A stretch of DNA of 64,000 nucleotides from a virus. Taxonomy: Duplodnaviria > Caudoviricetes. The notes under the pieces were generated by a model, which was not told where the DNA came from, did no database searches, and worked only from the letters and a program-made list of their open reading frames with translations. Below are positions 38,701-47,239 of the stretch, piece after piece (within the stretch, counting starts at the first letter, position 1; every line of letters starts with the position of its first letter). The stretch covers positions 35,277 through 99,276 of the IMG/VR virus record IMGVR_UViG_3300032038_000037. One strand, written 5' to 3'. A program made the position numbers and the translations under genes.

Positions 38701-39835
38701 AAAATATACCTTCTCGCCAGATGTAGAGAATAATAGTATTATTTATGGATTGAATGGTATCACAAAAGTTGGAACAGATATTATTCATAATATAATGGAA
38801 AATAGACCTTATACTTCTATTGAAGATTTTTTAAGTAAAGTTAAAGTTAATAAGCCGCAAATGGTTAATTTAATCAAAGCGGGCGCGTTTGATAGTATTT
38901 GTAGAGACAATGATCGTGTCAAAGCTATGGAAGATTATATTGACCTTATAGCTGATAAGAAAAAACGTATTACTCTTCAAAATATGAAAATGTTAATTGA
39001 TTTTAATTTAATTCCAAAAAAATATGATTTTCAATGTAGGGTTTATAATTATAACAAATATTTAAAGAAATTTAAAGAAGATGATTATTATTTAATGAAT
39101 AGTATAGCTTTTAATTTCTATGATAAAAATTTTGACTTAGATTTATTAGTTTTAGATAGTTCTGCAGAAAGCGGTTTTAAAATTAAGCAAACCGATTGGG
39201 ATAAAATTTATAAAAAACAAATGGATATTATTCGTCCATATGTAAAAAATAATAATGAAGAATTATTAAATGCAGTTAATAGTAGATTAAATCAAGATAT
39301 GTGGAATAAGTATTGTAATGGTAGCATTAGCAGTTGGGAAATGGATTCAATTTCTTGTTATATTCATGAACATGAGTTGGCTAATCTTCGAAATGACGCC
39401 TATGGATTCGTAGATTATAATAAACTTTCAGAAGAACCTGAAATAAGTTATGTTTTTAGATCGAAGCAAACAGGACAAAAAGTTCCATTATTTAAGATTC
39501 ATCGTATTGCTGGAACGGTTTTAGATAAAGATAAAGCAAAGAAAAGTATTACTTTATTAACTACAACAGGAGTAACAACCGTAAAAATATTTGGTGATGC
39601 TTTTACACATTATGATAAACAATTATCAGAACGTGGCGCGGATGGTCATAAACATGTAATTGAAAAGTCTTGGTTTAGCCGAGGAAATAAAATTATTGTA
39701 ACTGGTATTCGACGTGGAGATACTTTTTTAGCAAAAAAATATAAGAATACTCCATATCATTTGGTAGAATTAATTAATAATATAAATGCAGATGGATATA
39801 TTCAAACGACAAAGGAAAGAGCGGAAGTATCATGA
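35786..39835 (+). CDS. dnaE: Family C DNA polymerase (DnaE-type) with PHP domain
   Basis: PHP HNHTDFS/ITEHD/TNDAHY; GRGSG; catalytic DVDID; GVHAGG; KYDIL; LFQME; GYGFNLSH; HhH GITKVG; OB domain. Confidence 0.93.
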   Translation: MRMSDLKYPGSLHNHTDFSNFRLRDSINTVESLIDYAVELGHEVVAITEHDTIASAVRTEKYYNKIKESNPNFKVIFGNEIYLVRNGLTNENFNKEVDRYFHFILLAKDEIGHRQIREISTRAWMRSWVSRRMRRVPTYYQDLIDIIKANPGHVIGSTACLGGCLPVQLIRLRDTGAPSMDKLKIWIKQMQEIFGKEDFYFEMQPSKNKDQIYVNNELIKLSNELDIKYIITNDAHYLKKEDRSIHKAFLNAQQGDREVDDFYATTYLMSDEEIREYMEDKVGEDVLQKSYQNIIEIKNKCKDFSLMKPLKIPRLNWKTFDVKPDALQLWNDKIPYLRKFLESEYAEDRHLAYAVVDRLVNSTVEDNLWNQKTADEINACLEDTWVSSEVNGSRWSAYFLNLQNIIDSCWDAGTLVGCGRGSGVGFILLYLLGITQINPLREKAPTFRWRFLNPERVSVLDVDIDIEGGRRAEVLSKFRDIYGNDRVANVLTLKTEKSKSAILTAARGLGIDVDTAQYLSSFIEADRGQLRTLHQTFYGDPENGISASNKFREEMEDNYPELWEVAKRIEGLINGCGVHAGGVIFVDEPFTETSALMRAPSGEIITQFDLHDAEDTGLIKYDILSVEALDKIHNCIDLICDYGYEKREATLKETYEKIVGIYNLERNDPKMWEMCWNHKVQSLFQMEKQSGIQGIAVMKPTSVDDLAILNSAIRLMATEKGGEMPVNKLARFKAHPVDWDYELKKYGLGEDAKKVLAPVLNISYGLCIAQEQFMQLVQLPELGGFNLTWADKLRKSIAKKNPAEYDKLTKEYFEEIVKRGCDEQLCKYTWNVLIAMSKGYGFNLSHTLAYSLIGLQELNLAFHYPTILWDCACLISDSGGTENKEEDDEEEIIVEEPTYYNEMEDFTDEDESDVVNEYDEEDCDGYPATVKVLKSGKKKKKVKTTNYGKIATAIGKMKSEGIKIVATDINKSKYTFSPDVENNSIIYGLNGITKVGTDIIHNIMENRPYTSIEDFLSKVKVNKPQMVNLIKAGAFDSICRDNDRVKAMEDYIDLIADKKKRITLQNMKMLIDFNLIPKKYDFQCRVYNYNKYLKKFKEDDYYLMNSIAFNFYDKNFDLDLLVLDSSAESGFKIKQTDWDKIYKKQMDIIRPYVKNNNEELLNAVNSRLNQDMWNKYCNGSISSWEMDSISCYIHEHELANLRNDAYGFVDYNKLSEEPEISYVFRSKQTGQKVPLFKIHRIAGTVLDKDKAKKSITLLTTTGVTTVKIFGDAFTHYDKQLSERGADGHKHVIEKSWFSRGNKIIVTGIRRGDTFLAKKYKNTPYHLVELINNINADGYIQTTKERAEVS

Positions 39836-40932
39836 GTTATGGTTTATTTGATGCAGACGTTGAAAAATATCCATATATCCCCTTTTTTAATCTTGACTTA
39901 ATGAAGTTGTCATCCTATTACAAAAAACAAAGGGAGATAGTAACATTATCTCCCTTTTTCTCTCCTAATATGTATCAACATTTCATTTTACGTCAAGATT
40001 TTCCGGGATATGATTATCCTATTACTAAATATAATAATATTGAATACGGTGGGCGCGCATTTAACCCATCAAAATACAAACCTTTACCAATAGAAATCGA
40101 AAGAATGAAACCTGATACTTTCTTATATAACAAAATAGAAGAACAATATCGGGTTTCAAAACTGAGAACAAGTGCATTTAGAAGAATGAAGAAGGCAGAG
40201 CATCTGCGCTTATCATTAGATGGACAAACTATTTGGAAAAATTTTAGTTCTCAATTAAGATATACTAATAGAAATGTTGGAGTAATTTTTCATGATTATG
40301 ATTTAGGGGCAATAAAAAATAGTTATGATATAGTTATAGACATATTAAAAGACTTTAACCTTTCTCGTGATGGACAAAGAATTGGAATGAAATTTCCAGT
40401 ACAGGTTTCAACACCAGAAGATTTATTAAAATGGTCAGCCATTAAACCTATGCAACATTTTTATTCTATCCAATATAATGGTATAATGACCATGCCCTTA
40501 GTAAAAGAATATATAGAAGTTGTAAGAAATACATCTAGTGCAAGACAATCTTTTTATAATATATCTAAAAATACTGATTATAACCATTTTATTACACAAG
40601 ATATAGTAGAGGTTTATAAACAAGTTTGTTTTTTACGTACTAATAAGACTTATTTTTCACTTATTTATGATGAGGATTTCTTTGAAAATCATCAGTGGGA
40701 AAAAGTTATTACATTAATCAATTTGTTTTGGAACGCACCAAAGGGATTAAAAGTAAAAACTGTTAATAGAATAAATGGATATGATTCAATGTATAATTTT
40801 ATTATGATATACAAAGCTAATTTTAATTATTCTAAAGAAGTTTTTTCTTTAAATGAAGTTCGAGAAATCTTCCAATTCGTAAGAGAAAATAATTACGAAT
40901 TATTTAAAATGTTTTATGAGTATAAAGCATGA
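39832..40932 (+). CDS. Degenerate radical-SAM-family-like protein lacking CxxxCxxC
   Basis: GLFDAD...FNLDLMKLSSYYK...GGRAF...LPIEIERMKPDTFLY matches from memory the N-terminus of the phage NLxLMK radical-SAM family; only one Cys. Confidence 0.55.
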   Translation: MSYGLFDADVEKYPYIPFFNLDLMKLSSYYKKQREIVTLSPFFSPNMYQHFILRQDFPGYDYPITKYNNIEYGGRAFNPSKYKPLPIEIERMKPDTFLYNKIEEQYRVSKLRTSAFRRMKKAEHLRLSLDGQTIWKNFSSQLRYTNRNVGVIFHDYDLGAIKNSYDIVIDILKDFNLSRDGQRIGMKFPVQVSTPEDLLKWSAIKPMQHFYSIQYNGIMTMPLVKEYIEVVRNTSSARQSFYNISKNTDYNHFITQDIVEVYKQVCFLRTNKTYFSLIYDEDFFENHQWEKVITLINLFWNAPKGLKVKTVNRINGYDSMYNFIMIYKANFNYSKEVFSLNEVREIFQFVRENNYELFKMFYEYKA

Positions 40933-40947
40933 GGAGGTTATTAGTAA

Positions 40948-41157
40948 ATGACAGGTCAAGAAATTGAAAGATTAATTACTTTCAATAACAAAAGAATCGA
41001 AGAGCTGCTTGATCCGTCAACTTTTGTTTTAAAGCCTGAAGTAGAACAACTCATAGCTGAAAACAAGAGATTGCGCGAGCAGTGTCCCCATGTATTTGAA
41101 CATGGTGTTTGTATTTTTTGTGGTACTACAGAAAAGGAGAAAAACTCCTTAAATTAA
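40948..41157 (+). CDS. Small hypothetical protein with CxH/CxxC motif
   Basis: GAGGAGG RBS; CPHVFEHGVCIFCG. Confidence 0.65.
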   Translation: MTGQEIERLITFNNKRIEELLDPSTFVLKPEVEQLIAENKRLREQCPHVFEHGVCIFCGTTEKEKNSLN

Positions 41158-41179
41158 TTTAAATAATTAGGAGAGAAAA

Positions 41180-43399
41180 ATGAAATACATTCAAAAGAGA
41201 GATGGGCGTCAAGTGCCTTTTAATAAGAACAAAATAATTACAGCTATCTTAAAAGCTTTTATCGCTGTCGATGGAGAAGTTTCTGATTACGCGGCGGAGA
41301 AGGCTGGTAAGATAGCTGATTTTATACAAGGAAAAATACAAGAACAACAACTAAGTGTAGAAGATATACAAGACCTAGTAGAAAAAGGCTTAATGTCTAC
41401 AAAAAGAAAAGATGTAGCAAGAAGATATATTACTTACCGAGAAGAAAGAGCAAGAGTTAGAAATTGGAATACAAAAATGATGGATAAGGTTGCTGTTAAA
41501 TTAGAAGCAACCGATGTTCAAAATCAAAATGCCAATGTAGATGAATACTCTTTCGGCGGCCGCAGAGGTGAAGCTGATAGCGTTATTTTAAAACAATATG
41601 CTCTTGATAATTTAATGAGCGAAATGGCCCGTAATAATCATTTAAATAATGAAATTTATATTCATGATTTAGATAGCTATGCACTTGGTATGCATAACTG
41701 CTTAACAATTCCTTTTGATAAGTTATTAGCAGAAGGATTTAATACCCGTCAAACTGATGTGCGTCCTGCTAACTCAATTAATACTGCGTTCCAATTAATT
41801 GCGGTTATCTTTCAATTACAGTCACTTCAACAATTTGGCGGTGTAAGTGCAAGCCATTTAGATTGGACAATGGTTCCCTATGTAAGAAAAAGTTTTTACA
41901 AACATTATCGAGATGGACTTAAATATATTTCTAAATTAAGTGAACATGAAATTGACCAAGAAATGGGGGTCAATCATAAAAATTTTAAACCTGAAGAATT
42001 ATCAATAAGCGATGAAAATACATACATGTATTACGAAGCATATAATTATGCTTTAAAAATGACAGAAAAAGAAATTAATCAAGCGGTTGAAGGAATGTAT
42101 CATAATTTAAATACACTTCAATCACGTTCTGGAAATCAGTTGCCTTTTACATCAATTAATTATGGCACTTGCACACTTCCAGAAGGACGCATGATTATTA
42201 AAGCTTTATTAGAGGGATCAATTAAAGGAGTTGGCAAACTTCACAAAACTCCAATTTTCCCCTGTGGAATTTTCCAATATATGAAAGGAGTTAATGATAA
42301 ACCAGGAACACCTAATTATGACTTATTCCAATTAGCATTAGAGTCAACCGCGCGCCGTCTATATCCAAATTATGCGAATGTAGATTGGTCTGGAAATGCT
42401 GGATATGATATTAATGATCCTAAAACTTATTTTAGTACAATGGGTTGTAGGACGGCCAATGGCGCTGATATTAATGCAGAACCAGGAGTTAATCCTCAAA
42501 CAAAAGATGGACGTGGAAATATCGCACCAGTCACAATTATTCTTCCTACACTTGCTATGCAAGCAGGTGATGTAGAAACATTTATGCAAATTCTTGATGA
42601 AAAAATTTGTGAAGCTAAAGATATGCTGATAGAAAGATTTGAATATATTTGCGCACAAAGTCCTTCATCTGCTAAATTTATGTATGAAAATAATACAATG
42701 ATTGGTTATCATCCGGAAGAAGGAATACGATCAGCTTTAAAGCATGGAACATTGGTAATCGGTCAACTGGGATTAGCAGAGGCTTTACAGATTCTTATTA
42801 ATAAAGATCATACCACTCCTGAAGGAATGGAAGTGGCGAAAAGAATTGAGCAATTATTTAAAGATCGATGCGCACAATTTAAACAAGAATACAAACTTAA
42901 CTTTGGAGTTTATTACACGCCTGCAGAAAACTTATGCTATACAGCGATGACAAAATTTAAAGAAGATTTCGGAGAAATTCCTAACGTTAGTGATCGTGAT
43001 TATTTCACAAACTCAATGCATGTTCCTGTATGGAAAGAAATTTCTCCTTTTGATAAAATAGATATAGAAGCTGAACTTACAGGCTACTCAAGTGCAGGTT
43101 GTATTACTTATGTAGAATTAGAAGGAGCTGTATTAAAAAACATAAAAGCATTGGAACAAATAGTAACCTATGCTATGGAAAAAAATATTCCATATTTTGC
43201 TTTAAATGTTCCAAACGACTTATGTTTAAATTGTGGTTGGACAGGTGAAATTGGAAATGAATGTCCAGAGTGCGGCTCTACTGACATACAAAGACTTAGA
43301 CGAGTAACTGGTTATTTAACTGGAGATTATAAAACGGCTTTTAATTATGGAAAACAAAAAGAAGTTGAAGATAGATTTAAGCATAGCAAAAAGTTGTAA
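41180..43399 (+). CDS. nrdD: Anaerobic (class III) ribonucleoside-triphosphate reductase
   Basis: ATP-cone (KRDGR), YIHDLD, HNC, QFGG, MGCRT, TPAE, YFTNS, CxxC/CxxC and glycyl motif RRVTGYL. Confidence 0.95.
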   Translation: MKYIQKRDGRQVPFNKNKIITAILKAFIAVDGEVSDYAAEKAGKIADFIQGKIQEQQLSVEDIQDLVEKGLMSTKRKDVARRYITYREERARVRNWNTKMMDKVAVKLEATDVQNQNANVDEYSFGGRRGEADSVILKQYALDNLMSEMARNNHLNNEIYIHDLDSYALGMHNCLTIPFDKLLAEGFNTRQTDVRPANSINTAFQLIAVIFQLQSLQQFGGVSASHLDWTMVPYVRKSFYKHYRDGLKYISKLSEHEIDQEMGVNHKNFKPEELSISDENTYMYYEAYNYALKMTEKEINQAVEGMYHNLNTLQSRSGNQLPFTSINYGTCTLPEGRMIIKALLEGSIKGVGKLHKTPIFPCGIFQYMKGVNDKPGTPNYDLFQLALESTARRLYPNYANVDWSGNAGYDINDPKTYFSTMGCRTANGADINAEPGVNPQTKDGRGNIAPVTIILPTLAMQAGDVETFMQILDEKICEAKDMLIERFEYICAQSPSSAKFMYENNTMIGYHPEEGIRSALKHGTLVIGQLGLAEALQILINKDHTTPEGMEVAKRIEQLFKDRCAQFKQEYKLNFGVYYTPAENLCYTAMTKFKEDFGEIPNVSDRDYFTNSMHVPVWKEISPFDKIDIEAELTGYSSAGCITYVELEGAVLKNIKALEQIVTYAMEKNIPYFALNVPNDLCLNCGWTGEIGNECPECGSTDIQRLRRVTGYLTGDYKTAFNYGKQKEVEDRFKHSKKL

Positions 43400-43931
43400 A
43401 GCTATAATTGCGGGGTTATTAATCGGTTTGGGTGTTATTATTAACACCCAAACTAAACCCCCAATTTTAGGAGCATTATTATTTAGTTTTGGTTTATTAA
43501 CAATAATCCATTTAGGATTACCATTATTTACGGGAAAAGTAGGATTCTTAGGTAAAAACCTATTACCAATTCTTATATTTAATATAGTGGGAATAGAATT
43601 AACCTTTTTTGCTTATTGTTTAAGTAATCCAAAATATTATGAAATATTAAAACAAGCTGCTGAAATAAAATTTTCAAAAACTTGGTTACAAATGCTTTTT
43701 GGTGGCATTTTTTGTGGAATGTTAATTCACTTTGCAGTAAAGTGTAAAGTATCTTATTTAACATCAATGGCAGTAATTATTTTCATATTAATAGGAGCTG
43801 AGCATTGTATAGCAGATTTTCCCTATTTAATAACTGTTTCAAATTTAACTAATATATTTAAGTTTATTTTAATAATTATTGGTAATTCTATTGGAGCAAT
43901 TTTTATAGAGAAAATGATTAAAAATGAGTAG
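43347..43931 (+). CDS. Compact formate/nitrite transporter (FNT) family channel
   Basis: About six TM helices; AIIAGLLIGLG, GALLFSFGL, LFTGK, GIFCGMLI, GAEHCIAD, GNSIGA signatures; start position uncertain. Confidence 0.8.
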   Translation: MENKKKLKIDLSIAKSCKAIIAGLLIGLGVIINTQTKPPILGALLFSFGLLTIIHLGLPLFTGKVGFLGKNLLPILIFNIVGIELTFFAYCLSNPKYYEILKQAAEIKFSKTWLQMLFGGIFCGMLIHFAVKCKVSYLTSMAVIIFILIGAEHCIADFPYLITVSNLTNIFKFILIIIGNSIGAIFIEKMIKNE

Positions 43932-44430
43932 ATATAACACAATAATTAAAAACGACGTTGTAAACGGAGAGGGGGTCTGTGTCTCTTTCTTTGTGCAAGG
44001 TTGTCCGCATAGATGCCCAGGTTGTTTTAATATTGAAACTTGGGACTTCTCAAATGGCAAACCTTATACATCTGAAACTAAAAAAGAAATTTTAGATGCT
44101 ATCGGCGCCAACAATATAAAAAGAAATTTTTCTGTTCTTGGTGGTGAACCATTAGCTTCACAAAATTTAATAATGACAGAAGAAATAGTTACAGCAGTAC
44201 GTAAAAAATATCCAGATATTACAATATTTTTATGGACTGGATATATGTTTTCTTATTTAAAATTCACTAATAATGAAAAAGTAAATAATATATTAAACAA
44301 AATAGATGTATTAATTGATGGAGAGTTTATAGAGGCACAAAAAAATTTAGATTTAAAATTACGTGGGAGTTCTAACCAAAGAATTTGGAGGAAAATTAAT
44401 GGAGAATGGAACGACAGAACCAACAGTTGA
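43924..44430 (+). CDS. nrdG: Class III RNR activase (radical SAM)
   Basis: VNGEG, GCPHRCPGCFN, LGGEP, WTGY, DVLIDG, RGSSNQR. Confidence 0.95.
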   Translation: MSRYNTIIKNDVVNGEGVCVSFFVQGCPHRCPGCFNIETWDFSNGKPYTSETKKEILDAIGANNIKRNFSVLGGEPLASQNLIMTEEIVTAVRKKYPDITIFLWTGYMFSYLKFTNNEKVNNILNKIDVLIDGEFIEAQKNLDLKLRGSSNQRIWRKINGEWNDRTNS

Positions 44431-44638
44431 CAAAATTACAGTTAAATATGAAAAATTTAAAAAAATGGCTGCGGCAATTGAAGAATTAAATTTAGATGAT
44501 AATTCAGAAATCAGTTTTGAATTTATAGTTGGAAGTTTATTTCCAAATGTGATGGAAAATATTAAAAAAGAACTTATGTATCAATATACAAAGGGATATA
44601 CTGACGGCTATTCAGAAGCCGAAGAATTAATTTATTAA
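44399..44638 (+). CDS. Hypothetical protein
   Basis: Start refined to ATG 44399 (GGAGG RBS); ends YTKGYTDGY. Confidence 0.65.
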   Translation: MENGTTEPTVDKITVKYEKFKKMAAAIEELNLDDNSEISFEFIVGSLFPNVMENIKKELMYQYTKGYTDGYSEAEELIY

Positions 44639-44657
44639 AGGAGGTTATACCTCCTTT
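44637..44657 (+). terminator. Terminator hairpin
   Basis: AAAGGAGGT-tat-ACCTCCTTT. Confidence 0.7.
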
Positions 44658-44658
44658 A

Positions 44659-44700
44659 AATTTTGACAAAAAAAATTTTTTTTGATATAATATATATAGA
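44659..44700 (+). promoter_or_regulatory. sigmaA-like promoter
   Basis: TTGACA 44663-68, 17-nt spacer, TGn-TATAAT 44686-91, then ATATATAG. Confidence 0.85.
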
Positions 44701-44712
44701 AAGGAGAAAATT

Positions 44713-45366
44713 ATGATTAAAGTAGAGAATGTGTTTGTATCTGATTTTGAAGGTGCGTTTAGAGGGATGCGTAATCCCTTAGCTAGTTGGAAGAAAACCG
44801 ATAGTAATTTTGATCTTAATAATATCCAACTTGGTCCAAATGATTTAAAACTTGCTCAAAAACTTATTAAAGCTGGGCCAGATCATGGGAAATTTCTTCG
44901 ACAAATATTCGTTTCTATGGATATAACAGCCCCACTTTATTGGTGGAAAGAAATGGATACCTATAAAGTTGGTACAGTAGCTAATTCTACTTCTACGATG
45001 CATACTCTCACGAAAGAAGAAATTACTTTAGATATGTTTTCATTTGATAATTTAGATTTAATGGTTTCTAAAGGCCATTCTATAAATGGTGAATGGGAAT
45101 TAACTTTTAAAGATTGTATTGAAGATATATTAATATCTTGTAATAATCTCCGTAATAAATTTTTAGAAACAAAAGATAAACGCTATTGGCGCGCACTTAT
45201 ACAGTTACTTCCAAATGCGTGGAATCAAACCCGTACATGGACAGCTAATTATCAAGTGTTACGAAACATATATAATTCTCGGAAAAATCATAAATTATCC
45301 GAATGGCACACATTTTGTGAAGAAATAGAAAAGTTACCTTATAGTAAAGAATTAATTACTATTTAA
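44713..45366 (+). CDS. ThyX/Thy1-like protein (non-canonical)
   Basis: AFRGMRNP, DHGKFLRQI, APLYWWKEMDTY, NSTSTMH, LLPNAWNQ, NYQVLRNIY..RKNHKLSEW; nucleotide-metabolism context. Confidence 0.6.
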   Translation: MIKVENVFVSDFEGAFRGMRNPLASWKKTDSNFDLNNIQLGPNDLKLAQKLIKAGPDHGKFLRQIFVSMDITAPLYWWKEMDTYKVGTVANSTSTMHTLTKEEITLDMFSFDNLDLMVSKGHSINGEWELTFKDCIEDILISCNNLRNKFLETKDKRYWRALIQLLPNAWNQTRTWTANYQVLRNIYNSRKNHKLSEWHTFCEEIEKLPYSKELITI

Positions 45367-45381
45367 TGGAGGAAAAGGAGT

Positions 45382-45597
45382 ATGAGAATTCTCAAGCAAA
45401 CAGAGGAATACAGAGCAGACACAGAAGAAGAAGCAAAGGAGATTATGGAGAAATTTAGAACAGATGCTCCACAGAAAGGGTATACCCTCGGCGCGAGTGG
45501 ATACACTTATAAAACCAAGAAAGCTAAAGGCGAAATTATTGATGAAGCTTGGGTTGTAAAAATTGTAAAGGTAATTGGAGGAGTTTGGGATGAGTGA
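45382..45597 (+). CDS. Hypothetical protein
   Basis: AAGGAG RBS, 71 aa. Confidence 0.7.
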   Translation: MRILKQTEEYRADTEEEAKEIMEKFRTDAPQKGYTLGASGYTYKTKKAKGEIIDEAWVVKIVKVIGGVWDE

Positions 45598-46492
45598 TTT
45601 TGAAGAAGTAAAAGGCATCATTGACGAAAATACAGAACTCTTAACTGCAGTAGAGCATGTCAAAGACGCCGTTGAAAATTCTGATGAATTCGGAATTGAC
45701 TTCTTAGAAACAGTTCTTTCAATGGATGATAAAAGTGTTGGAGTAATTGGACAGCAACTTCTCTGGGAAATGGAAAAAACTTTTAGTACAGAAGAAGCTC
45801 AAATGGCAATTGCAAAAACCGTAGAGATGAATGGCTTTACTGCTAAAGATCTTTCAGAAACATATCAACAAATTGTCGATGAAGTAACAGAAATTGATGA
45901 ATTGTCTGATATTAAGAAAGATTTTGTAGTTCAAATGTTTGGAATTATTTTTAATAAAATCGAAGAATATTCCAACAGTTTAAAACAAAAAGTAATAATT
46001 CCAACAGAAACAATAAATGGAGCGAAGCTACCAAAATATGCTCACGATGGCGATGGCGCTATGGATGTATATGCATTAGATGACTATACGATTAAACCTG
46101 GAGAAACAAAATTAATTCCTACTGGAATTAAAATGGCAATTCCTCAAGGCTATGGAATTTTAGTACAACCTAGAAGTGGATTATCTCTTAAATCAAAATT
46201 ACGAATTGCCAATACGCCTGGTCTTATTGATAGCGGATATAGAGATGAAATTGGAGTAATTATAGAGAATATTGATCCACCTTTTAAAGATATTGAATAT
46301 GATTTTGATGACAACGGAAAAATTCAAATTAACTCAATACTTCATGGTGAAACTTATTATATTACAAAAGGAGAAAGATTTGCTCAACTTCGTTTAGTCA
46401 AAGTGCCAAATGCTTTTTTGCAACCAGTGAACAACGTAAATGAAATTGGTGAAAACAGAGGAGGCGGCTTTGGTAGCAGCGGAATGTCGTAA
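45590..46492 (+). CDS. dut: Trimeric dUTPase with a long acidic N-terminal extension
   Basis: GAMDVY, QPRSGL, GLIDSGYRDEI, RFAQL, RGGGFGSSG; start refined to ATG 45590. Confidence 0.88.
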   Translation: MSDFEEVKGIIDENTELLTAVEHVKDAVENSDEFGIDFLETVLSMDDKSVGVIGQQLLWEMEKTFSTEEAQMAIAKTVEMNGFTAKDLSETYQQIVDEVTEIDELSDIKKDFVVQMFGIIFNKIEEYSNSLKQKVIIPTETINGAKLPKYAHDGDGAMDVYALDDYTIKPGETKLIPTGIKMAIPQGYGILVQPRSGLSLKSKLRIANTPGLIDSGYRDEIGVIIENIDPPFKDIEYDFDDNGKIQINSILHGETYYITKGERFAQLRLVKVPNAFLQPVNNVNEIGENRGGGFGSSGMS

Positions 46493-47223
46493 TGTCAAAA
46501 ATAAAAATAGAAGATATAAAAAATGCAGCTGAGCAACATGGTTGGATTTTATTATCTACAGAATATAAAAATCTAGATACGGAGCTAACTTTTGAATGTA
46601 AAGAAGGTCATCGTATCTATGCACCCTATCGAAAAATAAGAGATAAATGGGAATGTCCAATCTGTAAAGAAAATAAATATTTCAATTTTTCTGAAGAAAT
46701 TAAACCGAAGAAAAAAGGAATACGCAGAACACTCGCGCTTGACCAGGCTACGCATCTAACAGGATATTCCCTATTTGATGATAATAACTTAATCTATGCA
46801 GGAGTTTTCCAAGCTAGTAAAGATGATGAAATAGAAAGAGATATAGAAATAAAAAATTGGCTTGTTCAAATGATTAATAATTGGAATCCTGATATGATTG
46901 GTTTGGAAGATATACAACTCCAGCAAATTAATGGAAAAACTATTGGAGTTACAACCTATCGAACACTCGCGCGCCTTCAAGGTATTTTATTAGCAGCTTG
47001 TACAGAACAAGGAGTTAGTTGGGTATGTTGTCCACCAGCAACTTGGCGTGCACACTGTGGAGTAAAAGGTCGCGCACGTAATGATAAAAAACGTTCAATG
47101 CAAAAATTAATTAAAGAATGGTATGATATAACCGTTTCTGATGATGTTGCTGATGCAATCGGAATTGGAAAATGGGTAAGTGAGAAAGTTAATAAAACAG
47201 TTGTATTAACCAACTGGGAATAA
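46492..47223 (+). CDS. Zn-ribbon plus RuvC-like Holliday junction resolvase
   Basis: ECKEGH...ECPIC; TLALDQAT..TGYS, IGLEDIQ, PATWR, DDVADAIGIG. Confidence 0.75.
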   Translation: MSKIKIEDIKNAAEQHGWILLSTEYKNLDTELTFECKEGHRIYAPYRKIRDKWECPICKENKYFNFSEEIKPKKKGIRRTLALDQATHLTGYSLFDDNNLIYAGVFQASKDDEIERDIEIKNWLVQMINNWNPDMIGLEDIQLQQINGKTIGVTTYRTLARLQGILLAACTEQGVSWVCCPPATWRAHCGVKGRARNDKKRSMQKLIKEWYDITVSDDVADAIGIGKWVSEKVNKTVVLTNWE

Positions 47224-47239
47224 TGGAGGAAATATATAT

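Noticed and set aside
35786-43399. Inteins or group I introns in dnaE or nrdD (also gyrA/gyrB)
   Set aside because: ORFs are continuous and of expected size, with no splice-junction or homing motifs
43385-43399. -1 frameshift fusing NrdD to the FNT at CAAAAAG
   Set aside because: The FNT is in the +1 frame relative to nrdD, and the hairpin is too far downstream
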